DNA of 64,000 nucleotides from an uncultured Bacteroidota bacterium (GCA_902558025.1 CACECH010000002.1:27667-91666); one strand, 5' to 3'. Shown: positions 29,863 to 38,666, counted from the first letter of the stretch. Numbers and translations are program-made. Notes: generated by a model from the letters alone, not told the origin.

Positions 29863-30966
29863 TTGAAAAAGTCAGCTTTTAAATTCAGTTCTTTTGAAGA
29901 ACCTACCCTATCACCATTTGAAAAGCTATTTAATGTTTTTAAAGAGCTAATAATTCATACATCTGGTGATTTTGACGAAGCTATTGAATGGCTCAGAGAA
30001 CTTGATAAAGAATATAAACTTACCGATGAAAATTATACAATTGATGATTTCGTTAATGATCTTTTAAAAAAAGGATATATAAGAAAAGAGATTTCAGCAA
30101 ATGGAGATAGTATAAAGATTAGCTCTAAAACAGAGAGACTTCTAAGGAAGCATGTACTCAAACACTTATTTGGAAACCTTAAAAAAACAAAAAAAGGTAA
30201 TCATAAGACAAAATATTCATCTTCTGGAAGTGATGAAAATTTAAATATTAAAGATTTCGAATTTGGTGACCCGCTTGATAGAATTTTGTTAACTGAAAGT
30301 CTAAAAAATGCTATAATATCTTCAGGTGAAAATGATTTAAGTCTAAAGAAAGATGATTTAGTTGTTTGGAATTCAAATCATAATTCACAGATGAGTACAG
30401 TACTTATGATTGATATAAGTCACAGCATGATCCTTTATGGTGAAGATAGGATCACACCAGCAAAAAAGGTTGCTATGGCATTGGTTGAATATATTAAAAC
30501 CAAATTTCCAAAAGATACTATTGATATTTTATCATTTGGAGATGAGGCAAGACCAATAAGTATCAAAGACCTCCCATATTTAAAGGTGGGTCCTTATCAC
30601 ACTAACACAGTTGCTGGTCTTGATCTAGCTTTTGATATTCTTAGAAAGAGAAAAAATAATAACAAACAGATATTTATGATAACTGACGGAAAACCTAGTT
30701 GTATGTTTACAAAAGATGGCTTTTACAAGAATAGTGCTGGACTTGATGACTTCATCTTGGATCAATGCTATAATAGGGCAAGACAAGCAAAAAAGAATAA
30801 TATTCCAATAACTACTTTTATGATCGCTAGTGATCCATATCTTCAGACATTTGTAAAAAAATTCTCTGAAGTAAATAACGGTAAAGCATTTTACACAGGT
30901 CTTGACGGATTGAGTGAAATGATTTTTGAAGATTATGATAAAAATAGAAGACAAAAATTGAGATAA
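29863..30966 (+). CDS. von Willebrand factor type A (vWA/MIDAS) domain protein; partner of the downstream AAA+ ATPase
   Basis: 367 aa with a TTG start; an in-frame TAA lies 3 codons upstream. A helical N-terminal region of ~170 aa is followed by a vWA domain with the MIDAS motif MIDISHSM and MITDGKPS. Confidence 0.85.
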   Translation: MKKSAFKFSSFEEPTLSPFEKLFNVFKELIIHTSGDFDEAIEWLRELDKEYKLTDENYTIDDFVNDLLKKGYIRKEISANGDSIKISSKTERLLRKHVLKHLFGNLKKTKKGNHKTKYSSSGSDENLNIKDFEFGDPLDRILLTESLKNAIISSGENDLSLKKDDLVVWNSNHNSQMSTVLMIDISHSMILYGEDRITPAKKVAMALVEYIKTKFPKDTIDILSFGDEARPISIKDLPYLKVGPYHTNTVAGLDLAFDILRKRKNNNKQIFMITDGKPSCMFTKDGFYKNSAGLDDFILDQCYNRARQAKKNNIPITTFMIASDPYLQTFVKKFSEVNNGKAFYTGLDGLSEMIFEDYDKNRRQKLR

Positions 30967-32426
30967 TGAAAAAACCTAAACACAAAACAATAGGAGAATT
31001 AAAAAAGAGTGGTTACCATTCAAAAACTTTGAACCAAGAAATAACTGATAATCTTAGGTCAAATTTGCTAAATGGAAAAAATGTTTTTTCCTCATTAATT
31101 GGGTATGAGGAAACAGTTATTCCAAGTGTAGAAAGGGCATTTTTATCCAATCATAGTATTAATCTTCTTGGTCTAAGAGGTCAAGCAAAAACAAAACTTG
31201 CTAGAACTTGTATAGAACTATTAGACGAGTGGATTCCTATTGTTAAAGATTCTGATACAAATGATGATCCTTTGAATCCAATCTTCAAAAGTTCTTTAGA
31301 AAAAATAAAATCAGATGGAGATAATACAGAGATTGACTGGATTCATAAGAGTGAAAGATTTTACGAAAAACTTGCAACGCCTGATGTGACTGTTTCTGAT
31401 CTAATAGGTGATATAGATCCCATCAAAGCTACTAATCTCAAGTTATCCTATTCTGATGAAGAGGTAATTCATTTTGGTTTAATACCTAGAGCTCACAGAT
31501 GTATTTTTGTTTTAAATGAGCTACCGGATCTTCAACCGAGAATTCAAGTTTCTTTATTCTCAATCCTTGAAGAAAAAGAAATACAAATAAGAGGATTTAA
31601 GGTTAGGCTTCCCCTTGATATACAATTTATTTTCACCTCTAACCCAGAGGATTATACAAACAGAGGAAGTATTGTTACACCATTAAAAGATAGAATTGGT
31701 TCTCAGATTTTAACTCATTACCCTGAATCTGTAGATATTGCAAAAACAATTACAAGTCAAGAGTCAAAATTGAATTCTGAAACTATTTCAAAGATACATA
31801 TACCAGAGATTGCAAGAGATATTATTGAACAAGTATCTTTCGAAGCAAGAGAGAGTGAATTGGTAGACAAAAAAAGTGGAGTAAGTGCTAGAATGAGTAT
31901 TACTAGTCTACAAAACCTAGTTAGCTCAGCAGAAAGAAGAATGTTAATCAATAAAGAAGAAACAACTTCAATTAGAATGTCTGATTTTAACTCAGTCATC
32001 TCCTCAATAAATGGTAAAGTTGAGCTTGTTTATGAAGGAGAGGAAGAAGGAGCTGAGCAGGTTTCTTATAATTTAATTTCAGATGCCGTAAAGACATTAT
32101 TTATAAAATATTTTCCAAAAATTGAGAAACTCACAAAACCAGATGAAATATCAGTTTATGATTCTATTTTAGAATGGTTTACAGTCAATCAAGTAGTTCT
32201 TAGAGATGATTTAAGTAATAAGGATTACGAATCAATTCTTAATAAAGTTAAAGATGCAGATTCACTATTAAACAAATTTATTCCAGACATTGATAAAAGG
32301 GATAAACTTTTCTTTATTGAATTCTTATTATGGGGACTTGAAAGTTTTAATAAGTTAACTATTATGAGGACTAATAACGGAGTTGAATTTAAGGACCCAT
32401 TTAATAACTTCATTAATAAGATCTAA
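30966..32426 (+). CDS. ChlI/BchI-like AAA+ ATPase (Mg-chelatase-I-like; unlikely to be a sigma-54 activator)
   Basis: 486 aa. The ATG overlaps the vWA stop by 1 nt. It has Walker A-like GLRGQAKT, Walker B-like FVLNELPDL, and the ChlI-type sensor/arginine region FTSNPEDY...PLKDRIG. There is no GAFTGA loop and no HTH. Confidence 0.8.
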   Translation: MKKPKHKTIGELKKSGYHSKTLNQEITDNLRSNLLNGKNVFSSLIGYEETVIPSVERAFLSNHSINLLGLRGQAKTKLARTCIELLDEWIPIVKDSDTNDDPLNPIFKSSLEKIKSDGDNTEIDWIHKSERFYEKLATPDVTVSDLIGDIDPIKATNLKLSYSDEEVIHFGLIPRAHRCIFVLNELPDLQPRIQVSLFSILEEKEIQIRGFKVRLPLDIQFIFTSNPEDYTNRGSIVTPLKDRIGSQILTHYPESVDIAKTITSQESKLNSETISKIHIPEIARDIIEQVSFEARESELVDKKSGVSARMSITSLQNLVSSAERRMLINKEETTSIRMSDFNSVISSINGKVELVYEGEEEGAEQVSYNLISDAVKTLFIKYFPKIEKLTKPDEISVYDSILEWFTVNQVVLRDDLSNKDYESILNKVKDADSLLNKFIPDIDKRDKLFFIEFLLWGLESFNKLTIMRTNNGVEFKDPFNNFINKI

Positions 32427-33475
32427 TCAATCTTTTTAATTTGAGACTTTTTGGCTTCTTTTTTTGATCCATCAAATCCTTCCACACCACTTACAGTTGT
32501 GTATTTGAGAATGTTCTTTTTACCTGGATTTAACTTAGCATAAGCACTATGACACATTACTGCTGCTTCATGAAAACCAGAAAGTATTAATTTGAGTTTT
32601 CCAGGGTATGTATTAACGTCGCCAATAGCATAAATACCATCAATGTTAGTCTGATAATCCAAACTATTATTAACTTTTATTGCATTGTTTTCAATATTAA
32701 GTCCCCAATCTTTAATTGGTCCAAGCCTTGGGATAAGTCCAAATAAAGGAATAAAATAGTCCACATTAAAAGTTTCAGTCTTTCCATCCATATCAATAGA
32801 AACAGAGCTTAAATATTTGTCGCCATGAAGTTGAGTAACTTGGCCAGGAGTTATCACATCAATTTTTCCAGAATTTTTTAATTCTTGAACCTTTGTTACA
32901 GATTCATCAGCTCCCCTAAATTCATTTCTTCTATGAACTAAAGTTATTTTTTTAGCAACTTTAGACAAGTGTATTGTCCAATCAAGAGCAGAGTCACCAC
33001 CACCTGCAATTAAAACATTTTTATCACGAAAATCATCAGGATTCTTAATCATGTAGAGAACACCATTTTCTTCATAATCAGATATATTAGAAATATTTGG
33101 TTTTCTAGGAGTAAAGGTTCCAAGGCCTCCAGCTATTGCTATAATTCGAGTATTTATTTTAGTCTTCTTGTCCGTTGAAACAATGAATGATCCATCATTA
33201 AGCTTTTCAATTCCTTCAGCAGTCTCACCTAGAGTATATGAGGGAGAAAAAGGCTTAATCTGTTCTAGAAGATTTTCAATTAAGTCACCTGCGATTATCT
33301 CTGTATATCCTGGAATATCATAGATAGGTTTTTTTGGATATAATTCAATAAGCTGACCTCCTGGCTGAGTAAGAGAATCAAGAATATGGCATTTCATCTT
33401 TAACAGACCAGCTTCAAATACTGCAAATAATCCTGTAGGGCCAGCACCAATAATTAATATATCAGTTTTTATCAT
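32423..33475 (-). CDS. Thioredoxin-reductase-like ferredoxin--NADP+ reductase (YumC type)
   Basis: 350 aa. It has the FAD motif IIGAGPTGLF, LYPKKPIYDIPGY and the NADPH motif IAGGGDSALDW. It lacks the CxxC of a true TrxB. Confidence 0.85.
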   Translation of the reverse strand: MIKTDILIIGAGPTGLFAVFEAGLLKMKCHILDSLTQPGGQLIELYPKKPIYDIPGYTEIIAGDLIENLLEQIKPFSPSYTLGETAEGIEKLNDGSFIVSTDKKTKINTRIIAIAGGLGTFTPRKPNISNISDYEENGVLYMIKNPDDFRDKNVLIAGGGDSALDWTIHLSKVAKKITLVHRRNEFRGADESVTKVQELKNSGKIDVITPGQVTQLHGDKYLSSVSIDMDGKTETFNVDYFIPLFGLIPRLGPIKDWGLNIENNAIKVNNSLDYQTNIDGIYAIGDVNTYPGKLKLILSGFHEAAVMCHSAYAKLNPGKKNILKYTTVSGVEGFDGSKKEAKKSQIKKID

Positions 33476-33714
33476 TCAGAAAGAGGAAGTACAGATTCAA
33501 CAACTTCAATTTCGGGTGCGTACTTTTTAATTGTTGTCTCAACACCATTTTTTAGAGTCATTTGATTCACTTTACAATCAGCACAAGCACCATGAAGTTT
33601 GACCTTGACTTTTTTGCCACTAATTGAAGAGAGTGAAATATCACCACCATCCTGAACTAAATATGGCCTAATTTCATTTAATGCTTCTAAGATTTTATTT
33701 TCAAGTTTAGTCAT
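33472..33714 (-). CDS. NifU-like (Nfu C-terminal domain) Fe-S cluster protein
   Basis: 80 aa with the CxxC motif GACADCK. ATGA-type overlaps occur at both ends. Confidence 0.85.
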   Translation of the reverse strand: MTKLENKILEALNEIRPYLVQDGGDISLSSISGKKVKVKLHGACADCKVNQMTLKNGVETTIKKYAPEIEVVESVLPLSE

Positions 33715-34841
33715 TATTTTTTAACTGCTGAACATCCAACTAAGTTAGTGATTTCTACAATTTTAGTAGGAGGTAATTCTTTATTTCTTTTTAATAATTG
33801 CTCAACTACATTTTTTGAAATATTATCAAATATTTCTGAAACTTCAGTAGATTCTTGAAGTGAACCTGGTCTTCCAAAGTCAGATGCTTCTCTTAGACTT
33901 TTAATTAGGGGTATCTCTCCTAGAAAATTGATATTTAAGTCCTTTGAAAGATATTTTACTCCAGCCTCTCCAAAAATATAATGTTTGACTTCAGAGTCAT
34001 CTGTTTTAAAATATGCCATGTTCTCAACCAGTCCAAGAATTGGAACTGATATACTTTCCTGTTGGAACATTTTAATTCCTCTTCTAGCATCTGCAAGAGC
34101 TACATTCTGAGGAGTACTGACAATAATAGATCCTGTAATTGGAAGTGATTGAACAAGGCTTAGATGAATATCACCAGTGCCTGGAGGAAGATCTAAAAAT
34201 AGAAAATCAAGATCACCCCAATTAGTGTCAAAAATCATTTGGTTTAAAGCTTTGGAAGCCATAGGGCCTCGCCAGACAACAGCCTGGTCAAGCTTTGTAA
34301 AAAAGCCAATTGACATAATTTTTACACCATAACTTTCAATTGGTTCGATCTTTGACTCATCATTAACTTTTATCGACTTAGGGACATATCCTTCAACATC
34401 CATCATTGTTGGGACTGAAGGACCATAAATATCTGCATCTAATATTCCTACTTTACATCCTTTTTTTGCAAGAGAGGTAGCAAGATTAATTGTTAAAGTA
34501 GATTTACCTACTCCACCTTTTGCTGATGAAACTGCAATAATTGAGTCAACACCAGAAATTTTTTTTGATTGTGATGAGATTTTAGCTGGTGCCTTTTCAA
34601 TTTTAGAGTTGATATTTATCTTAGCTTTTTCATAAATCTCATTATGAATAATTTTCATAATATCTACCTCAAGCTTTTTTCTTGCCTGAAGAGTTGGATT
34701 ACTTAATGATAGATCAATATCAATTTGATCACCAAAAACTTGAATATTTTTTAAAGCTCCAGATGAAACTATGTTATCATCTGAACCTGATATACTAATT
34801 TTTTCAAGAATCTTTGAAATATTTTTTTTTGATAGCTTCAT
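33714..34841 (-). CDS. Mrp/ApbC/NBP35-family P-loop ATPase (Fe-S cluster carrier family) lacking the CXXC motif
   Basis: 375 aa. It has an N-terminal DUF59/MIP18-like domain and the deviant Walker A SSAKGGVGKST. The region aligned to the ApbC CXXC reads VENMAYFKTDDSEVKHYIFG. Confidence 0.88.
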   Translation of the reverse strand: MKLSKKNISKILEKISISGSDDNIVSSGALKNIQVFGDQIDIDLSLSNPTLQARKKLEVDIMKIIHNEIYEKAKININSKIEKAPAKISSQSKKISGVDSIIAVSSAKGGVGKSTLTINLATSLAKKGCKVGILDADIYGPSVPTMMDVEGYVPKSIKVNDESKIEPIESYGVKIMSIGFFTKLDQAVVWRGPMASKALNQMIFDTNWGDLDFLFLDLPPGTGDIHLSLVQSLPITGSIIVSTPQNVALADARRGIKMFQQESISVPILGLVENMAYFKTDDSEVKHYIFGEAGVKYLSKDLNINFLGEIPLIKSLREASDFGRPGSLQESTEVSEIFDNISKNVVEQLLKRNKELPPTKIVEITNLVGCSAVKK

Positions 34842-34852
34842 AAAACTTAGTA

Positions 34853-34860
34853 CAAATATA
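34853..34860 (-). promoter_or_regulatory. Putative -7 promoter box (TAtaTTTG) for mrp-nifU-fnr
   Basis: The reverse complement of caaatata is TATATTTG. It lies 11 nt upstream of the mrp ATG (34841). Confidence 0.35.
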
Positions 34861-34899
34861 CTAGTAAGTAATAACTTAAAAAACCTAAGAAAATACTAA

Positions 34900-35217
34900 T
34901 TATTTAGGGGTCCAAATCTTTTGTTCAAAATCTAATACTTTATCATCTTCTACCATTATTCCTTCACTCTCCAATAATTGTCGCATTAATTCAAAACCTC
35001 TAAAATGATGTTTACCTGTTAAAAGTCCATTTCTATTTACAACTCTATGAGCAGGTATTGAAGAATCACTATGACTAGCATTTAATGCCCAACCAACTGT
35101 TCGTGCACTTGAAGAAGATCCTAGGTGCTTTGCAATTAAGCCATAAGTTGTAACTTTTCCATAGGGTATTCTTTTAACTACATGATAAACTCTTTGAAAA
35201 AAATCATCTTTTTTCAT
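34900..35217 (-). CDS. Alkyltransferase-like (ATL) protein; MGMT-family DNA-binding domain without the acceptor cysteine
   Basis: 105 aa. It aligns with E. coli YbaZ/eAtl (FFQRVYHVVKRIPYGKVTTYG...ARTVGWAL). The active-site pentapeptide is PAHRV instead of PCHRV. Confidence 0.85.
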   Translation of the reverse strand: MKKDDFFQRVYHVVKRIPYGKVTTYGLIAKHLGSSSSARTVGWALNASHSDSSIPAHRVVNRNGLLTGKHHFRGFELMRQLLESEGIMVEDDKVLDFEQKIWTPK

Positions 35218-35235
35218 TTACTATAAACAAAGAAT

Positions 35236-36294
35236 TTAAGAGTTAGATTTTTGAAGTGTAAAGGAAAATTCAGTGCCAACACCAACCGTACTCTCAACAA
35301 ATATTTGTTCTTGATGAGCTTCAATTATATGCTTAACAATTGAAAGGCCTAAACCAGATCCACCTTTTTTTCTAGAACGATTTTTATCAATTCGATAAAA
35401 TCTCTCAAAAAGTCTAGGAAGATGATGTTCGTCAATACCTTCACCATTGTCAGAGACTTTTACTAATATCTTATCTTTATTAAAATCTTCAACAGAAACT
35501 TTAGTAAAACCATTTTTTATACCATATTTCAATGAATTAACAACAAGATTAGTTAGAACTTGCAATATTCTTTCTTGATCAGCATTAACAAAAATTGGCT
35601 CTGAATAATCTTTATCATAGTTTAGAGAAATAGTATTTTTTTCAGACTCAAATTCCATTAATTCAAATACATTATCAATTAAATCAAAAACATTAAAGTC
35701 TGATTTGTCAACAGTTTTAATACCTGATTCAAATTGTGTAATGAGGTCTAGATCTTTAACAATTGCAATTAATCTTTCAACCCCTTTTGCAGCTCTTTTT
35801 AGATATTTATCTCTAACTTTCTTATCTCTAATCGCTCCCTCAACAAGAGTAAGAATATAACCCTGTATCGTAAATAGAGGAGTTTTTAGTTCATGAGAAA
35901 TATTTCCAAGGAATTCTCTTCTGTAGCTTTCTTGATCCTTTAAAACATTTATTTCAGAGGTCCTCTCTCTAGCTTTATTAATCAAATCAATAGTTAATTT
36001 TTCAAGATTTTTTCCATCATAACTATCTTTAAGAATTTCTTCATTCAACTCGTCTAAAACTTTCCTAACTCCTGTTTCAATATAGATTCTTATATATATT
36101 TCAAGGGTATAACGTATTATAAAAAAAAGAATTAAATAGTATGCAATAGAAAGGAGTAACTGGTTAAGTCCTTCAAAATTTGATGGTACAATTAAGTGAA
36201 AAAATAAAAAATCTAAGAGAAATGCACATAAAGTTAAGATTAGAGAGGCTCTGAAAGCTTGTGGATTATATGAAAGCTTAAAAATAGAAGGCAT
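35236..36294 (-). CDS. Sensor histidine kinase (two TM helices with a minimal external loop)
   Basis: 352 aa. It has the H-box ISHELKTPL, N-box LTNLVVNSLKY, G1 DNGEGI and G2 GGSGLGLSI. Confidence 0.9.
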   Translation of the reverse strand: MPSIFKLSYNPQAFRASLILTLCAFLLDFLFFHLIVPSNFEGLNQLLLSIAYYLILFFIIRYTLEIYIRIYIETGVRKVLDELNEEILKDSYDGKNLEKLTIDLINKARERTSEINVLKDQESYRREFLGNISHELKTPLFTIQGYILTLVEGAIRDKKVRDKYLKRAAKGVERLIAIVKDLDLITQFESGIKTVDKSDFNVFDLIDNVFELMEFESEKNTISLNYDKDYSEPIFVNADQERILQVLTNLVVNSLKYGIKNGFTKVSVEDFNKDKILVKVSDNGEGIDEHHLPRLFERFYRIDKNRSRKKGGSGLGLSIVKHIIEAHQEQIFVESTVGVGTEFSFTLQKSNS

Positions 36295-36983
36295 TATTCA
36301 ATAACAAACTTATATCCTACACCCTTAACAGTTTTAAAATACTTATCCCCTACTTTTTCTCTTAATTTTCTTATATGTACATCAATTGTTCTATCTCCAA
36401 CAACAACTTCACTTCCCCAGACTGTCTCCATTATTTTTTCTCTTTTAAAAACTTTATCAGGTTTAGAAGCAAGAAGATGAAGTAATTCGAATTCCTTTCT
36501 TGGAAGATTTAATACACTATCTGATATATAAACTTTATACTTTTCCCTATCTATTTTAATATCATCAAATACTATTTCGTTAATATCATTGGCAATAACT
36601 TTTTTTAATCTTCTTAGAAGACCTTTAACTTTAGATACAAGCACTTTAGGTTTCACAGGTTTAGTAATATAATCATCAGCTCCTGCTTCATAGGCAGCAA
36701 CATGGGAGTAGTCTTCTCCTCTTGCGGTAAGAAACATAATTATTGTATCATTAAATTTTTCGTCAGACCTAAGTTTTTCACAGGCTTCAATTCCATCCAT
36801 GTTAGGCATCATCACATCCATAATTATTAAGTTTGGACTAATATTGTAGGCAATTTCAATTGCAGACTTTCCATCAGCTGCAGTTGAAACATTATATCCT
36901 TCGTTTGACAAATTATATTTCAGAATTTCTAAAATATCTGGCTCATCATCAACACACAGTATTTTTATATCAGACTTTTTCAT
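36294..36983 (-). CDS. OmpR/PhoB-family response regulator
   Basis: 229 aa with a canonical receiver (CVDDEPDI, IIMDVMMP, K in ITKP). The winged-helix output ends GVGYKF. Its stop overlaps the kinase start by 1 nt. Confidence 0.93.
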   Translation of the reverse strand: MKKSDIKILCVDDEPDILEILKYNLSNEGYNVSTAADGKSAIEIAYNISPNLIIMDVMMPNMDGIEACEKLRSDEKFNDTIIMFLTARGEDYSHVAAYEAGADDYITKPVKPKVLVSKVKGLLRRLKKVIANDINEIVFDDIKIDREKYKVYISDSVLNLPRKEFELLHLLASKPDKVFKREKIMETVWGSEVVVGDRTIDVHIRKLREKVGDKYFKTVKGVGYKFVIE

Positions 36984-37053
36984 AATTACCTCAATGTAGT
37001 GAATTAATTAATTTAAATGTAAATTGAAAAAAAAATTAATTTTTATGAAATGA

Positions 37054-38346
37054 TTACTTAACAATAACTAAATAATAATTTTTTCTTCCCCTTTGAAGAA
37101 GAAGGTATTTATTGTTAATTAAATCTTTATTTGAGACTACAGTATTTTCAGATACTTTGATTTTATTTACAGAAATAGAATTTTCTTTTATAGATCTTCT
37201 GGCCTCACCCATTGATTTTAAAAAATTGGTATCCTTTGCCAACAAAAAATCAATATTTATTCCTTTAGCAAGTTCTTTAGAACTAATTGATGAGCTAGGT
37301 ACACCATCAAAAATCTCATTAAAAGTATTCTCATCTAATGATTCCAAATCTTCTTTACTTGATTTGCCAAAAAGGACTTTAGATGCTTTAACTGCATTCT
37401 TCAAATCATCTTCACTATGAACCATTGATGTGATAGAGTCTGCAATCTTGTTCTGAAGAAGTCTTTTTGATTTATCTTTTTGGTGTTCATCAATTAAATC
37501 TTCAACTTCTTGCTTACTAAGAAAAGTAAAAACTTTAATGTAATTAACTGCATCTTCATCAGATATATTTAGCCAATACTGATAGAACTTATAAACAGAT
37601 GTTTTTTCTTTATCTAGCCAAATATTACCCCCCTCTGACTTACCAAATTTTGATCCATCTGATTTTTTAATTAGAGGGCAAGTCATAGCAAAAACCTTCT
37701 TGTTTTCTTTTCTTCTAATCAACTCGGTTCCTGTAGTTATATTTCCCCATTGATCGCTTCCTCCCATTTGTAACATACAGTTCATTTCTTTATATAAATG
37801 CAGAAAATCATAGCCTTGAATAAGTTGATAGGTAAATTCAGTGAAGGACATTCCTTGAGTTGTATCTTTTGAAATTCTTTTTTTAACTGACTCTTTAGCC
37901 ATCATGTAATTAACTGTTATATGTTTACCAATATCTCTGGAAAAATCTATTATAGAGAATTTTTTCATCCAGTTATAATTATTGACTAAAATGGCTTTGT
38001 TAGGTTTTTTTGATTTAAAATCTAAAAATTTTTCAAATTGTTTAGTTAATTTTTTTTCATTGTAATCTAAGACCTTCTTATCAAGTAAATTTCTTTCATC
38101 AGATTTACCAGAGGGGTCTCCGATCATTCCAGTTGCCCCTCCTAATAAAACTATTGGTGTATGACCAGAATTCTGGAAATGTTTTAGTATAAAAATTGGA
38201 ACTAAACTTCCAATATGGAGAGAGTCAGAAGTTGGATCAAATCCAATATAACCAATTGTTTTATTTTTCTCTAAATGTTTTTCAGTTCCAGGAATTACAT
38301 CATGTAGCATTCCCCTCCATTTCAATTCTTCTATAAAATCTTTCAT
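37054..38346 (-). CDS. tyrS: Tyrosine--tRNA ligase
   Basis: 430 aa. It has the HIGH motif (SLHIGSL), the KMSKS motif (KFGKS) and a C-terminal S4-like domain. Confidence 0.96.
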   Translation of the reverse strand: MKDFIEELKWRGMLHDVIPGTEKHLEKNKTIGYIGFDPTSDSLHIGSLVPIFILKHFQNSGHTPIVLLGGATGMIGDPSGKSDERNLLDKKVLDYNEKKLTKQFEKFLDFKSKKPNKAILVNNYNWMKKFSIIDFSRDIGKHITVNYMMAKESVKKRISKDTTQGMSFTEFTYQLIQGYDFLHLYKEMNCMLQMGGSDQWGNITTGTELIRRKENKKVFAMTCPLIKKSDGSKFGKSEGGNIWLDKEKTSVYKFYQYWLNISDEDAVNYIKVFTFLSKQEVEDLIDEHQKDKSKRLLQNKIADSITSMVHSEDDLKNAVKASKVLFGKSSKEDLESLDENTFNEIFDGVPSSSISSKELAKGINIDFLLAKDTNFLKSMGEARRSIKENSISVNKIKVSENTVVSNKDLINNKYLLLQRGRKNYYLVIVK

Positions 38347-38666
38347 TAATTAATATTTTTTAAACTATCAATAGACTTTATAATTCTTCGCTTAACATTT
38401 GAGTATATTTCATATTGTATTTTAGGATATCTTGAATAGTACAACTCACTTTCATAAAACTGAATGCTATCAATATTATATTTTTTGTAAATTAATTCGT
38501 CTCCTACAATGCTTTTGTCAATTTTATAATCAAGACCACTTGATGAGTTTAAAATTACAATATCAAAAATAATATTTTCCATTTTTTTCTTACTAATTAA
38601 ATTATTAGGAATATCATCAGAACACCCAAAAAATAAAGTAATAAGTATCAAGATATATTTTTTCAT
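38346..38666 (-). CDS. DUF4296 lipoprotein
   Basis: 106 aa with a lipobox (LFFGC). The LYYSRYP...IY..V segment is typical of the Bacteroidota DUF4296 family. Confidence 0.65.
   Translation of the reverse strand: MKKYILILITLFFGCSDDIPNNLISKKKMENIIFDIVILNSSSGLDYKIDKSIVGDELIYKKYNIDSIQFYESELYYSRYPKIQYEIYSNVKRRIIKSIDSLKNIN

Noticed and set aside
30966-32426. The possibility that the 486-aa ATPase is a sigma-54 enhancer-binding protein, given that rpoN is in the window.
   Set aside because: It has no GAFTGA loop, no C-terminal Fis-type HTH and no receiver/GAF/PAS input domain. The motifs fit ChlI/BchI-type AAA+ proteins instead, and it is translationally coupled to a vWA protein.
36984-37053. AT-only palindromes (for example aaaaattaattttt, aatttaaatgtaaatt) between tyrS and the response regulator, considered as possible terminators. 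A similar one follows asnS (50632-50674).
   Set aside because: The stems are 5-7 A:T pairs with no G:C content. In DNA this AT-rich such palindromes arise by chance, so I cannot support them as intrinsic terminators from sequence alone.
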